IMG/VR virus record: IMGVR_UViG_2703718778_000014
DNA from: a virus
Taxonomy: Duplodnaviria > Heunggongvirae > Uroviricota > Caudoviricetes
Strand: one strand, 5' to 3'
DNA: 23,312 nucleotides
Under the pieces are notes generated by a model. That model was given only the letters and a program-made list of their open reading frames with translations, was not told the origin of the DNA and ran no database searches. Shown in pieces: positions 7,552-15,857 of the stretch. Position 1 is the first letter of the stretch. Every line of letters starts with the position of its first letter. A program made the translations under genes and the position numbers.

Positions 7552-7907
7552 GCGCACTCCAGTTCTGTGATTTTTATCCCCAGCCGCCCGCCAGGAACAG
7601 GCAGGCCACGCACAATATTGATTTCATCAAACTGCTCATCGTCCATTAACAACCCCGCATGCGTAAGCGCATCCAGCGGCGCTTTCAGAATATTGTCCAG
7701 GTCACGGCGGCGCTTATCCGGTGGCTCTGCAATAATCCTGATTACCAGCCTTCCGGACAGGCTTAATTTCAGCCGCTGCTGGTTAACAATAAGCGCCACA
7801 GCACGGCGATAGCGCTTTCCCTCCTCCGAGATAAAATATGTGCTGCCACGACGACGCCAGTAGGTGTTCACCGTTGGCGGGTAAGGTAAAACCAAATCTA
7901 TGAGCAT
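7548..7907 (-). CDS. rusA: Holliday junction resolvase RusA (119 aa)
   Basis: ATG at 7907 with RBS GAGGTG; conserved RusA blocks PPTVNTYW, DKRRRDLDN and GGRLGIKITE. Confidence 0.8.
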   Translation of the reverse strand: MLIDLVLPYPPTVNTYWRRRGSTYFISEEGKRYRRAVALIVNQQRLKLSLSGRLVIRIIAEPPDKRRRDLDNILKAPLDALTHAGLLMDDEQFDEINIVRGLPVPGGRLGIKITELECA

Positions 7908-7919
7908 CAGTCACCTCTT

Positions 7920-8969
7920 TTACCCGAGCACGCCAGTCGCAAAGGCGTGATCAAGAAAATGAAAAATTAACTCAACCTGGGACCCGTACTTTTTCTCAAA
8001 CTCCAGCGGGTCAGCATGAAGTTCGTTGTGGTGCTCCCGGCACAACGGTAGTGTGAAAATATCGTGGGATTTTGTCCCCATACCGCCCTGCCCATGGCCA
8101 ATCAAGTGATGCGGATCATCAGCTGGCTTTCCACAGCATGCACACGGCTGCGTCTTAACCCAGCGCGTGAACTTTTCATTAACCCAGCGACGACGTTTAG
8201 GCCGTTTCATGAAAGATTCCGGGGACTCCGGATCAACGGCGATGCTTACTACCGTCTTTTCCTGTGGCGTGGTTTGTGGCTGGTGGGCGTGAAGCGGTGG
8301 CGCTATGTTTTTTGTCCGCTGCTTCAGGATGCTGGTGGCGGTCTGCTCTCCCGGTATGATGTCGCTCTCACTGTATACGGAGCGAATTTTTTCCACCGGT
8401 AATCCCAGCGAACGACGCAATACAGATTCCGGAAGCGCATCAGCCACCTGATTGCAGACCGCCCACCAGGATAATTCAGCCAGCGATAATTCACGCTCCT
8501 GTGCGCCATTCATTACGTGACGGATGACGTCAATCATCCAGGCGGCCAGATTCTGTTGAGCAAGTAGCTCCAGTGAATCAGATGTCTGCTCCCGCAGGTG
8601 GTTGTCGCAGTGCCAGCACAACACCATCGCGCCGGTACTGTAACGGTGAATGACGGTTTCGCTGTGATGATAATCGCCGTGTGGCCACTGGCAGGATTTC
8701 ACGTGACGTAATAACCAGTCAGACAGTACACCAGCGCCACCCGCAGCACGGATCACCCGCTCATCGCTGAAAAATGGCAGTAATGATTTATCTTCCGCCA
8801 GCGGCTGGCGAACGGCAGGTACAAACCCGGACGGCAGAGCACGCATGCTTTTCGGTTCCGGCTCCACCAGCACCCTGCCGCAATGAAAAACAGGCAGTGA
8901 TTCGCGTCCGGGCTTAAGGACCACCAGGCCAAGTTCCGGCACCAGAACAGGTCGAAGTAATACCCGCAC
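7920..8969 (-). CDS. DUF968 (YdfU-like) protein with C-terminal HNH-like zinc-finger motif
   Basis: GTG start at 8969 with strong RBS GGAGGT; C-terminus CACCGKPADDPHHLIGHGQGG...LCREHHNELH resembles HNH nuclease signatures; 349 aa as in Qin-prophage YdfU. Confidence 0.55.
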   Translation of the reverse strand: MRVLLRPVLVPELGLVVLKPGRESLPVFHCGRVLVEPEPKSMRALPSGFVPAVRQPLAEDKSLLPFFSDERVIRAAGGAGVLSDWLLRHVKSCQWPHGDYHHSETVIHRYSTGAMVLCWHCDNHLREQTSDSLELLAQQNLAAWMIDVIRHVMNGAQERELSLAELSWWAVCNQVADALPESVLRRSLGLPVEKIRSVYSESDIIPGEQTATSILKQRTKNIAPPLHAHQPQTTPQEKTVVSIAVDPESPESFMKRPKRRRWVNEKFTRWVKTQPCACCGKPADDPHHLIGHGQGGMGTKSHDIFTLPLCREHHNELHADPLEFEKKYGSQVELIFHFLDHAFATGVLG

Positions 8970-8970
8970 G

Positions 8971-9243
8971 TTACCTCCAGATACGTTGCTGGAATGTGCG
9001 GGACGGACGCGGTGGACGTTCGGAATAAGGGAGCCTGACAGAGATTATCCAGTGACGATAATTGAGGCTGAGGGCTTTCTTAACCTCGTATCCGCGCCTG
9101 CGGTAACACTGAATCAGCCATTCGGCCTGTTCTTCAGTGCATGGAGGATGCTGGTACCAGTGGGTTTTAAATACGTGCGAATGCCGCCCCCGCTTAATGG
9201 CCGGGACGGCTTCAGAATTGTGGGATTTTATATGTTGCGCCAT
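8971..9243 (-). CDS. Small phage protein, possibly YbcO-like (DUF1364)
   Basis: ATG at 9243 with RBS GGAGAA (the ORF-track start at 9261 is an upstream GTG); Cys/His-rich 90-aa protein preceding DUF968 and rusA as ybcO does in DLP12. Family call is tentative. Confidence 0.4.
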   Translation of the reverse strand: MAQHIKSHNSEAVPAIKRGRHSHVFKTHWYQHPPCTEEQAEWLIQCYRRRGYEVKKALSLNYRHWIISVRLPYSERPPRPSRTFQQRIWR

Positions 9244-9337
9244 CGGGTTCTCCGGTGACACAGCAGGTGCCAGTTGTTCAGGCTGGCTGGATGATTTTAA
9301 CCAGAATGCGATAAAAAGTGTATAAGACCATCACATA

Positions 9338-9368
9338 TTGCATTCATGCAAAATGATTGTTACATAAT
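9338..9368 (+). promoter_or_regulatory. Candidate sigma70 promoter for the plus-strand two-gene cassette
   Basis: -35 TTGCAT (9338-9343), 17-nt spacer, TACATAAT (9361-9368) in an AT-rich divergent intergenic region. Confidence 0.3.
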
Positions 9369-9415
9369 ATTACTTAATAAGTATAGGTTTTACCGTTTTA
9401 TCATTAGAAGATTGT

Positions 9416-10642
9416 ATGTCAGGAACCATAACAAAAATCAGCACAGGGGAAAATGTTCTGTCAGCAGCAATCCATCGCATTGAATGGTTGTTCGAAACGT
9501 TTAATGAGGTCTGCTTGTCTTTTTCTGGTGGCAAAGACTCTACTGTGCTTTTCCATCTTGTGGCAGAAGTCGCCAGTAGAAAAAAACGTCGTTTTTCGGT
9601 TTTATTCATTGACTGGGAAGCCCAATATCAGTGCACGATTAATCATATCCAAAAGATGAGGGAAATGTACCGGCATGTGACAGACAATTTTTACTGGGTA
9701 GCGCTTCCTCTGACTACGGTAAATGGCGTCTCTCAGTTTCAGCCAGAATGGATATGTTGGGAGCCAGGTGTAGAATGGGTTCGTCAGCCACCAGATGACG
9801 CTATTACAGATATGTCGTATTTCCCATTTTATCGGTATGCCATGACGTTTGAAGAATTTGTTCCGGCATTTTCTTCCTGGTTTGCCGGTAACCGATGTGG
9901 AGTGGGAATACTAACTGGTGTTCGTGCTGATGAATCGCTCAATCGCTTTATGGGACTGGTGTCTCAGCGCAAACTGAGATATGCAGATGATAAACCCTGG
10001 AGCACCGCTTCACCCGATGGTTTTTACTACACCATGTATCCATTGTATGACTGGAAAACAAATGATATATGGACGTATAACTCAAGAACCCGCGCCATCT
10101 ACAATCCCCTGTACGACCTAATGTACCGTGCCGGAGTGTCGTTACGCAACATGCGTGTTTGTGAGCCCTTTGGCCCGGAACAGCGTAAGGGGCTGTGGCT
10201 TTACCATGTTCTGGAGCCGGAAACCTGGGCCAGGATGTGTGAGCGAGTGTCAGGGGCTGCCAGTGGCGCTCTTTATGCCAATGAAAGCGGTGCCTATTTT
10301 GCTCTGCGTAAACGAATCACAAAACCGGCTCATCATACCTGGCGCAGCTACGCAATGTTCATGCTGGATGTTATGCCAGAAAGAACAGCAGAACATTACC
10401 GTAACAAAATTGCAGTCTACCTGCGCTGGTATCAGACGCGGGGCTTCCCGGATGATATCCCGGATGAACAGGAGAATGACCTGGGGAGCCGGGATATCCC
10501 GTCCTGGCGACGTATCTGTAAGACGCTCATAAAGAATGACTTCTGGTGCCGGACCCTCTCCTTCAGTCCGAACAAACCCCGGCACTATGAGCGTTATCTG
10601 CAACGAATGAAGGAAAGGAGGAAAGAATGGGGGATTCTGTGA
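9416..10642 (+). CDS. ibrA: PAPS-reductase-like PP-loop ATP pyrophosphatase (IbrA-like, DndC-like fold), 408 aa
   Basis: PP-loop motif SFSGGKDS near the N-terminus; 3' end overlaps the next gene by 16 nt. Confidence 0.65.
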   Translation: MSGTITKISTGENVLSAAIHRIEWLFETFNEVCLSFSGGKDSTVLFHLVAEVASRKKRRFSVLFIDWEAQYQCTINHIQKMREMYRHVTDNFYWVALPLTTVNGVSQFQPEWICWEPGVEWVRQPPDDAITDMSYFPFYRYAMTFEEFVPAFSSWFAGNRCGVGILTGVRADESLNRFMGLVSQRKLRYADDKPWSTASPDGFYYTMYPLYDWKTNDIWTYNSRTRAIYNPLYDLMYRAGVSLRNMRVCEPFGPEQRKGLWLYHVLEPETWARMCERVSGAASGALYANESGAYFALRKRITKPAHHTWRSYAMFMLDVMPERTAEHYRNKIAVYLRWYQTRGFPDDIPDEQENDLGSRDIPSWRRICKTLIKNDFWCRTLSFSPNKPRHYERYLQRMKERRKEWGIL

Positions 10643-11271
10643 CGCCTGAGATGGATGTACTAAGCAACATGATTCGTCAGTACTTCAGTCGGGAACAGCC
10701 CGAAGAAGAGTCCATACGAGCCCTTAACCATCTGCGCAGGGTACTGCATGAAGTCAGTCCTTTTGCACAGGAGCCTGTAGACTGTGTGCTGTGGGTGAAA
10801 GCGGATGAGGTGGTAGCCAACGATTATAACCCCAATGTCATGGCACCAAGTGAGAAGAAACTGCTGAAGCAGTCACTGGAAAAAGATGGTTTCACACAAC
10901 CGGTGGTGGTGTCAGAGGAGAAGAATCATTATCTGGTGGTGGATGGTTTTCATCGTCAGTTATTGGGCAGAGAATCAGTTACAGGAAAACGTCTGAGGGG
11001 CTGGCTGCCTGTAGCCTGTATTAATCCAGAGAGAAAAGGGCAAGCCGCACGCATTGCCGCAACCATTCGACATAACCGGGCTAGGGGGAAACACCAGATA
11101 GACTCAGTGTCTGATATTGTAAGAGATCTTTCACGCTTGGGATGGGCAGATGAACGCATTGGCACTGAGTTGGGTATGGATCAGGATGAAGTACTGAGAC
11201 TTAAACAAATTAGCGGGCTAACTGAGTTATTTCAGGAAGTGGATTTCAGCCCGGCATGGACAGTTAAATAG
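10627..11271 (+). CDS. ibrB: ParB N-terminal-domain (ParB/sulfiredoxin-like nuclease) protein (IbrB-like), 214 aa
   Basis: Strong RBS AAGGAGG; ParB-box-like HYLVVDGFHR and basic TIRHNRARG block; translationally coupled to the upstream gene. Confidence 0.65.
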   Translation: MGDSVTPEMDVLSNMIRQYFSREQPEEESIRALNHLRRVLHEVSPFAQEPVDCVLWVKADEVVANDYNPNVMAPSEKKLLKQSLEKDGFTQPVVVSEEKNHYLVVDGFHRQLLGRESVTGKRLRGWLPVACINPERKGQAARIAATIRHNRARGKHQIDSVSDIVRDLSRLGWADERIGTELGMDQDEVLRLKQISGLTELFQEVDFSPAWTVK

Positions 11272-11324
11272 CAAGCTCGACTTACTCCCGGCAAGGCAAC
11301 AAAATGATAACTAATACAACTCAA

Positions 11325-11347
11325 GGGCGATTAATATCGCCCCTTTT
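11325..11347 (+). terminator. Intrinsic terminator after the ParB-like gene
   Basis: Stem gggcgat (11325-11331) / atcgccc (11336-11342) followed by TTTT. Confidence 0.5.
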
Positions 11348-11436
11348 ACTGCTCAATTTTCGACCGATACATCTACTTGACTCTCGTTTTACTCCCCCTT
11401 TTTACCCGATATGGAAATTCCCATATCGTAATGAAT

Positions 11437-11541
11437 TCAGCTCCCCAGACGATCCATCAAAAGCACGACCGGGCAGTAAACACCCACAACAACAATAACG
11501 GCCAGAGCGCCTTCCATTGCCAGTGAGATATCATCCGACAT
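11437..11541 (-). CDS. Small hydrophobic peptide (34 aa)
   Basis: ATG at 11541 with strong RBS AGGAGGG; MSDDISLAMEGALAVIVVVGVYCPVVLLMDRLGS; below the ORF-track length cutoff. Confidence 0.3.
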   Translation of the reverse strand: MSDDISLAMEGALAVIVVVGVYCPVVLLMDRLGS

Positions 11542-11576
11542 ATTCCCTCCTTTGGTGTGAATCCCGGCGAACGTTT

Positions 11577-11660
11577 TTACCCCCACCGACAAATAACATA
11601 TATTAAAAAAGCGATAACCATAGCAACGCCTGTAATTGCAAATGCTTCAGGCCAGTTCAT
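11577..11660 (-). CDS. Small hydrophobic peptide (27 aa)
   Basis: ATG at 11660 overlaps the stop of the DUF551 gene (ATGA) with GGAGG upstream; MNWPEAFAITGVAMVIAFLIYVICRWG. Confidence 0.3.
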   Translation of the reverse strand: MNWPEAFAITGVAMVIAFLIYVICRWG

Positions 11661-12169
11661 TGGCGCACCTCCTGCGGCGGTTCTGGTAGCGGCATCCAGC
11701 CGGTTACATTGCGGCTCTGTGTTTCGAAAAATTCATCACCATTACGGACTACATCAAAAAACTCACCGTCTCGATATTGCGCATAAAGAACGAATGCGCC
11801 ATCACATAAAATAATTACGTGCTGACCATCATCCGGCATTCGCTCACTACAGCTTATCCAACCATCCGGAGTTACCGGATAGTTGGTTGACGTTTCCGAG
11901 ATTTCCCGAAAATTATTGGTTGACGACCCCTTATTTTCCCGAAAGTTTCCAGCCTGAAGCATGGCGGCGCGGTGACACCAGATAATCCAGCCAAGCGCCA
12001 TATCCCATGCCATGTATTCTCTATCGCCATTTTTTGCTCTGCGGCGATCTACAGATTCTCCGAAACGCTTCTCCATAAATAATTCATAGGCTGCTCGTTC
12101 ATCCGATACTGCTGCCAGTGATGCCAGCGCAATCCGTGCCAGCTCTTCCGCTTCTTCTGCTGGAAGCAC
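11657..12169 (-). CDS. DUF551-domain phage protein
   Basis: C-terminal block PDGWISCSERMPDDGQHVIIL...GWMPLPEPP typical of DUF551; GTG start at 12169 (an in-frame ATG start further in is possible). Confidence 0.55.
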   Translation of the reverse strand: MLPAEEAEELARIALASLAAVSDERAAYELFMEKRFGESVDRRRAKNGDREYMAWDMALGWIIWCHRAAMLQAGNFRENKGSSTNNFREISETSTNYPVTPDGWISCSERMPDDGQHVIILCDGAFVLYAQYRDGEFFDVVRNGDEFFETQSRNVTGWMPLPEPPQEVRQ

Positions 12170-12240
12170 AACGTTGCTACCCGGTCCGTATGTTTCGCGC
12201 CAATGCTGGATTGTCAGCAGTCAATCTTTGGTAATAGTGG

Positions 12241-12756
12241 TCATGCCGCGTTTCCTTCTTTCTTATTAACAATTACACCGTCATATATTTCATTAAGGTG
12301 CCCTCTCAACTCCATGCGCCTTAATGCAGATAACATGTAATCGCATTCAACCTGCTTATTTCCAGTAAATGGCTTATCGTCAGGATTACCCCAACAGCAA
12401 TTACCCCTGGGCCATCCATGTACTTTCCGTACTCTTCCGTTAACAACGTGAAGTAATCCCCAGCCGGGAGGTAAATCCTCAACTGAAATAATTCCCGGCT
12501 CACTAATAAAGAATCGCCAGTCGCCCATGCCAAGTGAGGGATTTTTACGGAAACGCTTTTTTCTATCTGCCAACAAGTCAGCACGAGAACACTTCGCCTC
12601 TATCAGGCATGATGCTGAATTTCTGAATCCCATAGCATCTGGCTGTTCTCCGGTACTGGTTACAGCAACAAAGCGGTCATGAAAGCAAACCTTGAACCCG
12701 TTGCGCTTAAGGAACTTGTACGCAATCTGACAGAGTTCGTGGTGTGTTAACGCCAT
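12241..12756 (-). CDS. Hypothetical protein with a PD-(D/E)xK-like motif (possible VRR-NUC-type nuclease)
   Basis: ATG at 12756 with RBS AAAGGAG; motif QPDAMGF...CLIEAKCS fits the PD...ExK nuclease core; the fold assignment is an inference. Confidence 0.45.
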   Translation of the reverse strand: MALTHHELCQIAYKFLKRNGFKVCFHDRFVAVTSTGEQPDAMGFRNSASCLIEAKCSRADLLADRKKRFRKNPSLGMGDWRFFISEPGIISVEDLPPGWGLLHVVNGRVRKVHGWPRGNCCWGNPDDKPFTGNKQVECDYMLSALRRMELRGHLNEIYDGVIVNKKEGNAA

Positions 12757-12757
12757 A

Positions 12758-13195
12758 TCACTCTCCTTTGATGCGAATGCCAGCGACGCGTAATGCGTGT
12801 TCTAGGTCAATCAGGTAAAGCCAACTGCCATTTTCTTTAGGTATCATGACTTGTCGCTCATCTGCATTTATCGGGTGTCCATATCGAAGGTCGTAACGAG
12901 TCGGTAATTGAACTTCCCGCGCTTCCAGTTCAGCAATACGCTTGCTCCCATCAGAGATAACGCCTTCGTAATACTCACGCTGCTCGTTGAGTTGTGATTT
13001 TGCTTCTTCCAGTCCATCCAGCAAATCAGCGATAATATCCGCTTCCCGATGACGGATGTGACGCTTAAACGCCGCTAAAGCTGCATCACAATCCTGTTCA
13101 GCGTTTGGACTGTCTGGCTTTTCCTGATACCACGCCAGCGTCGATTGATAGTTTTGTGCTGCCTCACGCAGTGCCTGATAGTCAATCTTGCTCAC
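12758..13195 (-). CDS. Ead/Ea22-like phage protein (145 aa)
   Basis: GTG start at 13195 with RBS AAAGGAGG; N-terminus SKIDYQALREAAQ resembles Ea22-like proteins as recalled; coiled-coil-like middle. Confidence 0.45.
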   Translation of the reverse strand: MSKIDYQALREAAQNYQSTLAWYQEKPDSPNAEQDCDAALAAFKRHIRHREADIIADLLDGLEEAKSQLNEQREYYEGVISDGSKRIAELEAREVQLPTRYDLRYGHPINADERQVMIPKENGSWLYLIDLEHALRVAGIRIKGE

Positions 13196-13499
13196 TGGCT
13201 GCCTCCTTTGCCGGGATTTCTAACTTTTGAGTGGTTGTATCAAATTCAAACAACTTAACCACGTCATCAAACAGGACATAATCACCATCAGGATCTTCAG
13301 TCATATCAGTGCCACAATCCTGACCGCACGAGTCGCAACCACCCATATCAAGCTCGTATCGCTTCAGGTTCGCGATATTTGATAAATTCAGCGCCAGTAC
13401 AGCCAGATCATTAACCTCGTCTGCGGTATACCCTGCACCATGTCCATACATTCCAATGCGGGATATGATTTCTTCTACACGTTGTTTTGTGATCGTCAT
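13182..13499 (-). CDS. Hypothetical acidic phage protein (105 aa)
   Basis: ATG at 13499 with RBS GGAGTGAAGAG; MTITKQRVEEIISRIG...; contains CDSCGQDCGTD and an acidic tail. Confidence 0.45.
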   Translation of the reverse strand: MTITKQRVEEIISRIGMYGHGAGYTADEVNDLAVLALNLSNIANLKRYELDMGGCDSCGQDCGTDMTEDPDGDYVLFDDVVKLFEFDTTTQKLEIPAKEAASEQD

Positions 13500-13770
13500 T
13501 TTTCTCTTCACTCCGATATACAAGGATTACTACGCCCCCTCTGCTGATTGCGCGAGCTGGATCTCCTGGTTCCATACCGTCAATCCCGAAGGCTTCGAAA
13601 AATGCATCCATTGCCTGCTGGCGTTGATCCTGCCTACGGCGTTTATTCCATTTTTTCATGAACAACAGTGACATCCATCGTCCGCTGCAGAACATGATGT
13701 AGAAATAACCAAGAAGTGCCAGGCCGGTATTCAGGGCCGTATCAATCGTTATCGCCGGGTCAATATTCAC
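13411..13770 (-). CDS. Possible small membrane protein; 3' end overlaps the next gene by about 89 nt
   Basis: GTG at 13770 preceded by AGGAGGTGG; hydrophobic segment GLALLGYFYIMFCSG followed by a basic stretch; the C-terminal third looks low-quality, so a frameshift or an earlier true stop is possible. Confidence 0.3.
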   Translation of the reverse strand: MNIDPAITIDTALNTGLALLGYFYIMFCSGRWMSLLFMKKWNKRRRQDQRQQAMDAFFEAFGIDGMEPGDPARAISRGGVVILVYRSEEKNDDHKTTCRRNHIPHWNVWTWCRVYRRRG

Positions 13771-14056
13771 TGACCACCTCCTGAAAAATAACCGCATGAC
13801 CCAGTTTCTCCGTCAGTGCCAGCTCAGTCCTTGCACCTGCCGACTGCTGCCAGCCTTTCAGTATGTAAACCGCATCCACGCAACGGAGCATTGCCATGCA
13901 AATATCCATGTAGTGTGGCTGAGTCAGCCCGTCCGGAAGCACAGCCGGATTTAAAACGGTATGCCCTTCCCGTTTCAGCGCCTCTGCCGCCTTGTGAAAT
14001 GCCTCGCGGTTAAAATTTTCATATCCCGTCATCGGACCGGCGATATAAATCCTCAC
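13760..14056 (-). CDS. DUF4406 (nucleoside 2-deoxyribosyltransferase-like) phage protein
   Basis: N-terminal signature (M)RIYIAGPMTG; GTG start at 14056 overlapping the upstream stop (GTGA). Confidence 0.6.
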   Translation of the reverse strand: MRIYIAGPMTGYENFNREAFHKAAEALKREGHTVLNPAVLPDGLTQPHYMDICMAMLRCVDAVYILKGWQQSAGARTELALTEKLGHAVIFQEVVSEY

Positions 14057-14370
14057 TCCTGAACCCTCCTGTCGAAATAAACGTAGTTATTCACTGCGCC
14101 CAACTTCATCCCAAACTTTTCGGCAATTTCCCGTTGGGGTACGCCACGCTGATGCAGTTGCCGCGCCAGCTCAATATCACGCTGTGAGAATTTGGCTGAC
14201 TGGTGATAATCACCCCGTAACATCATGCTGATCCCCAGTTCCCGCGCTTTCGTCCTGACGGCTGACTCACTACGGCCAATCAGATAACCGATGCTTTCGA
14301 CTCTCATCGTTCCCGCACACTGCCGGAGTATCAGGATTTCAGCCCAACGCCACTTCTTCCAGCCACTCAC
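14053..14370 (-). CDS. Putative DNA-binding protein with two helix-turn-helix-like segments
   Basis: GTG at 14370 overlapping the stop of the 44-aa ORF (GTGA); segments SESAVRTKARELGI and QREIAEKFGMKLGAVNNYV look like HTH motifs; the ORF-track upstream extension to 14457 looks non-coding. Confidence 0.4.
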   Translation of the reverse strand: MSGWKKWRWAEILILRQCAGTMRVESIGYLIGRSESAVRTKARELGISMMLRGDYHQSAKFSQRDIELARQLHQRGVPQREIAEKFGMKLGAVNNYVYFDRRVQE

Positions 14371-14501
14371 CGCTGCTGCTCTCTGGTGGTGGTAATATCC
14401 CGGAGAATATCCCTGTGTTTGTTCAGTTCCCGCAGCGCAGCACAGACTCGCTCCCACTTCTGGACATCACTTTTCGCCCGACGCAGTTCGCGGTTTGCCA
14501 T
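14367..14501 (-). CDS. Small basic protein (44 aa), translationally coupled to the downstream HTH gene
   Basis: ATG at 14501, 6 nt after the preceding gene's stop; MANRELRRAKSDVQKWERVCAALRELNKHRDILRDITTTREQQR; not in the ORF track (short). Confidence 0.3.
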   Translation of the reverse strand: MANRELRRAKSDVQKWERVCAALRELNKHRDILRDITTTREQQR

Positions 14502-14507
14502 ATGCAG

Positions 14508-15083
14508 CTATGGTAAAACCAGGTCATCCGCTTGCGTTTCGGTGAACAGTGGCAACGACTGCACAATATCCACCACAGTTTCTGTTTTAATATCTTCCTG
14601 TGTAGTCGTTTGCTGGACTGGTAACGCAACACCTGCTGGCTGAGGAAGGGCTTTACCATCCGTTTCCGCTACAGATGCGGCTTTCGGCTCTACTGGTAAA
14701 TTATCGCCCGGCATGCAGTAACGAAATTTACCGCCCTGATTCACGCGAATCAGACGCCCTTTGCTGATTGCCATTGCCAGCGATGAATTCGCACGGCGGG
14801 AGGTAATTCCGAACATCAATGCCAGCTCATCCGCCGTTTGTGGGCCATGTTGTTCAATCGCCTCTGTCAGCATTTGCGCCGTCACTTTTGGTGGTTGTAT
14901 CACAGATTCACTTTCCCCTGCCTGAGTCAGCCACCACATCGCCCCCCTGTTATCCGCTTCACCACGGCGTTTCAGTTTCCACAGTTCGTTGACAGCCTCT
15001 TCACGACTGATTCCAAGGCGCGCAGCCACCACATGTGAAGAGGCTTTTTTCAGTGCTTTCAGTGCGTCAGATACGGTTTCCAT
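14508..15083 (-). CDS. Phage protein with N-terminal winged-helix-like domain (191 aa)
   Basis: ATG at 15083 with RBS GGAGGA; N-terminal [34 protein letters not shown]; family not firmly recognised. Confidence 0.5.
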   Translation of the reverse strand: METVSDALKALKKASSHVVAARLGISREEAVNELWKLKRRGEADNRGAMWWLTQAGESESVIQPPKVTAQMLTEAIEQHGPQTADELALMFGITSRRANSSLAMAISKGRLIRVNQGGKFRYCMPGDNLPVEPKAASVAETDGKALPQPAGVALPVQQTTTQEDIKTETVVDIVQSLPLFTETQADDLVLP

Positions 15084-15104
15084 TAAAATTTCCTCCGGAC
15101 AAAA

Positions 15105-15851
15105 TTACTTCACAACCCTCATATTGCTGACATTTGGACGCCAGCTATCCCAGTTAAACGTCACCCATCGACCACCGTTCATGGTCATGCGGTCCATAAT
15201 CCTCTCACCAAGAAGCGTACTCATTGCGGCATGATTCAGGTTTGTTAACATCCCGACACTGCACAGTGATGCTGTCCGGCGATCAATTATCTGGTGCAAT
15301 ACCACCTGCTCGTTTTTCGTCTCCCGCTGGACGCCTATTTCATCCAGGACCAGCAAATCAACCCCGCAAAGCTCCTGTAAAAATTTTTCCCCGGATTTGC
15401 CGTTGTCGTAGCTGTCATGCAACACGCTCATGACGTCAGACACGGTGACGATAATCACGCTGCGCCCCTTCACCATCAGCCGGTTGCCCATCGCCGCTGC
15501 AAGGTGATTTTTCCCGGTGCCGGTTTTACCGCTGAACACAAAATTCGTGCACCCGGTCATCAGTTCGTCAGCTATGGATTTGGCCTAGCTCAGCGCGTAT
15601 TTTTGCCCGTCGTTCTGCACCTGATAATTTGCAAACGAGCATTTGCTGTGCAGAGGCTGGATGCCCGAACGATTCAGGATTTTTTCCACCCGCAACTGGC
15701 GATTCTGGCAGTTAATCTCCTCGCTGCGTTTTCGTCCTTCAGCAAGTTGCCATTCCCGCCACTCCTCCACCGTCCGGTACGGTGGAACCGCCCCCAGTGG
15801 TGCAAGTCTGCGAATACATTCAAGAACCCCAACTGCCGCAATGTTTTTCAT
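15105..15851 (-). pseudogene. DnaC-like helicase loader (YdaV-like) interrupted by a single in-frame amber codon
   Basis: N-terminal fragment (15588..15851, ends ...FANYQVQNDGQKYALS) and C-terminal fragment (15105..15560, FSGKTGTGKNHLAAA Walker A) are in one frame separated by TAG at 15585-15587; read-through gives ...KYALS*AKSIADELMTG..., collinear with E. coli DnaC. Confidence 0.7.
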
Positions 15852-15857
15852 GCCACA

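Noticed and set aside
14371-14457. N-terminal extension of ORF 14053..14457(-)
   Set aside because: The extension (MGASLCCAAGTEQTQGYSPGYYHH...) looks non-coding and overlaps a better small ORF in another frame; the GTG at 14370 coupled to that ORF's stop is preferred.
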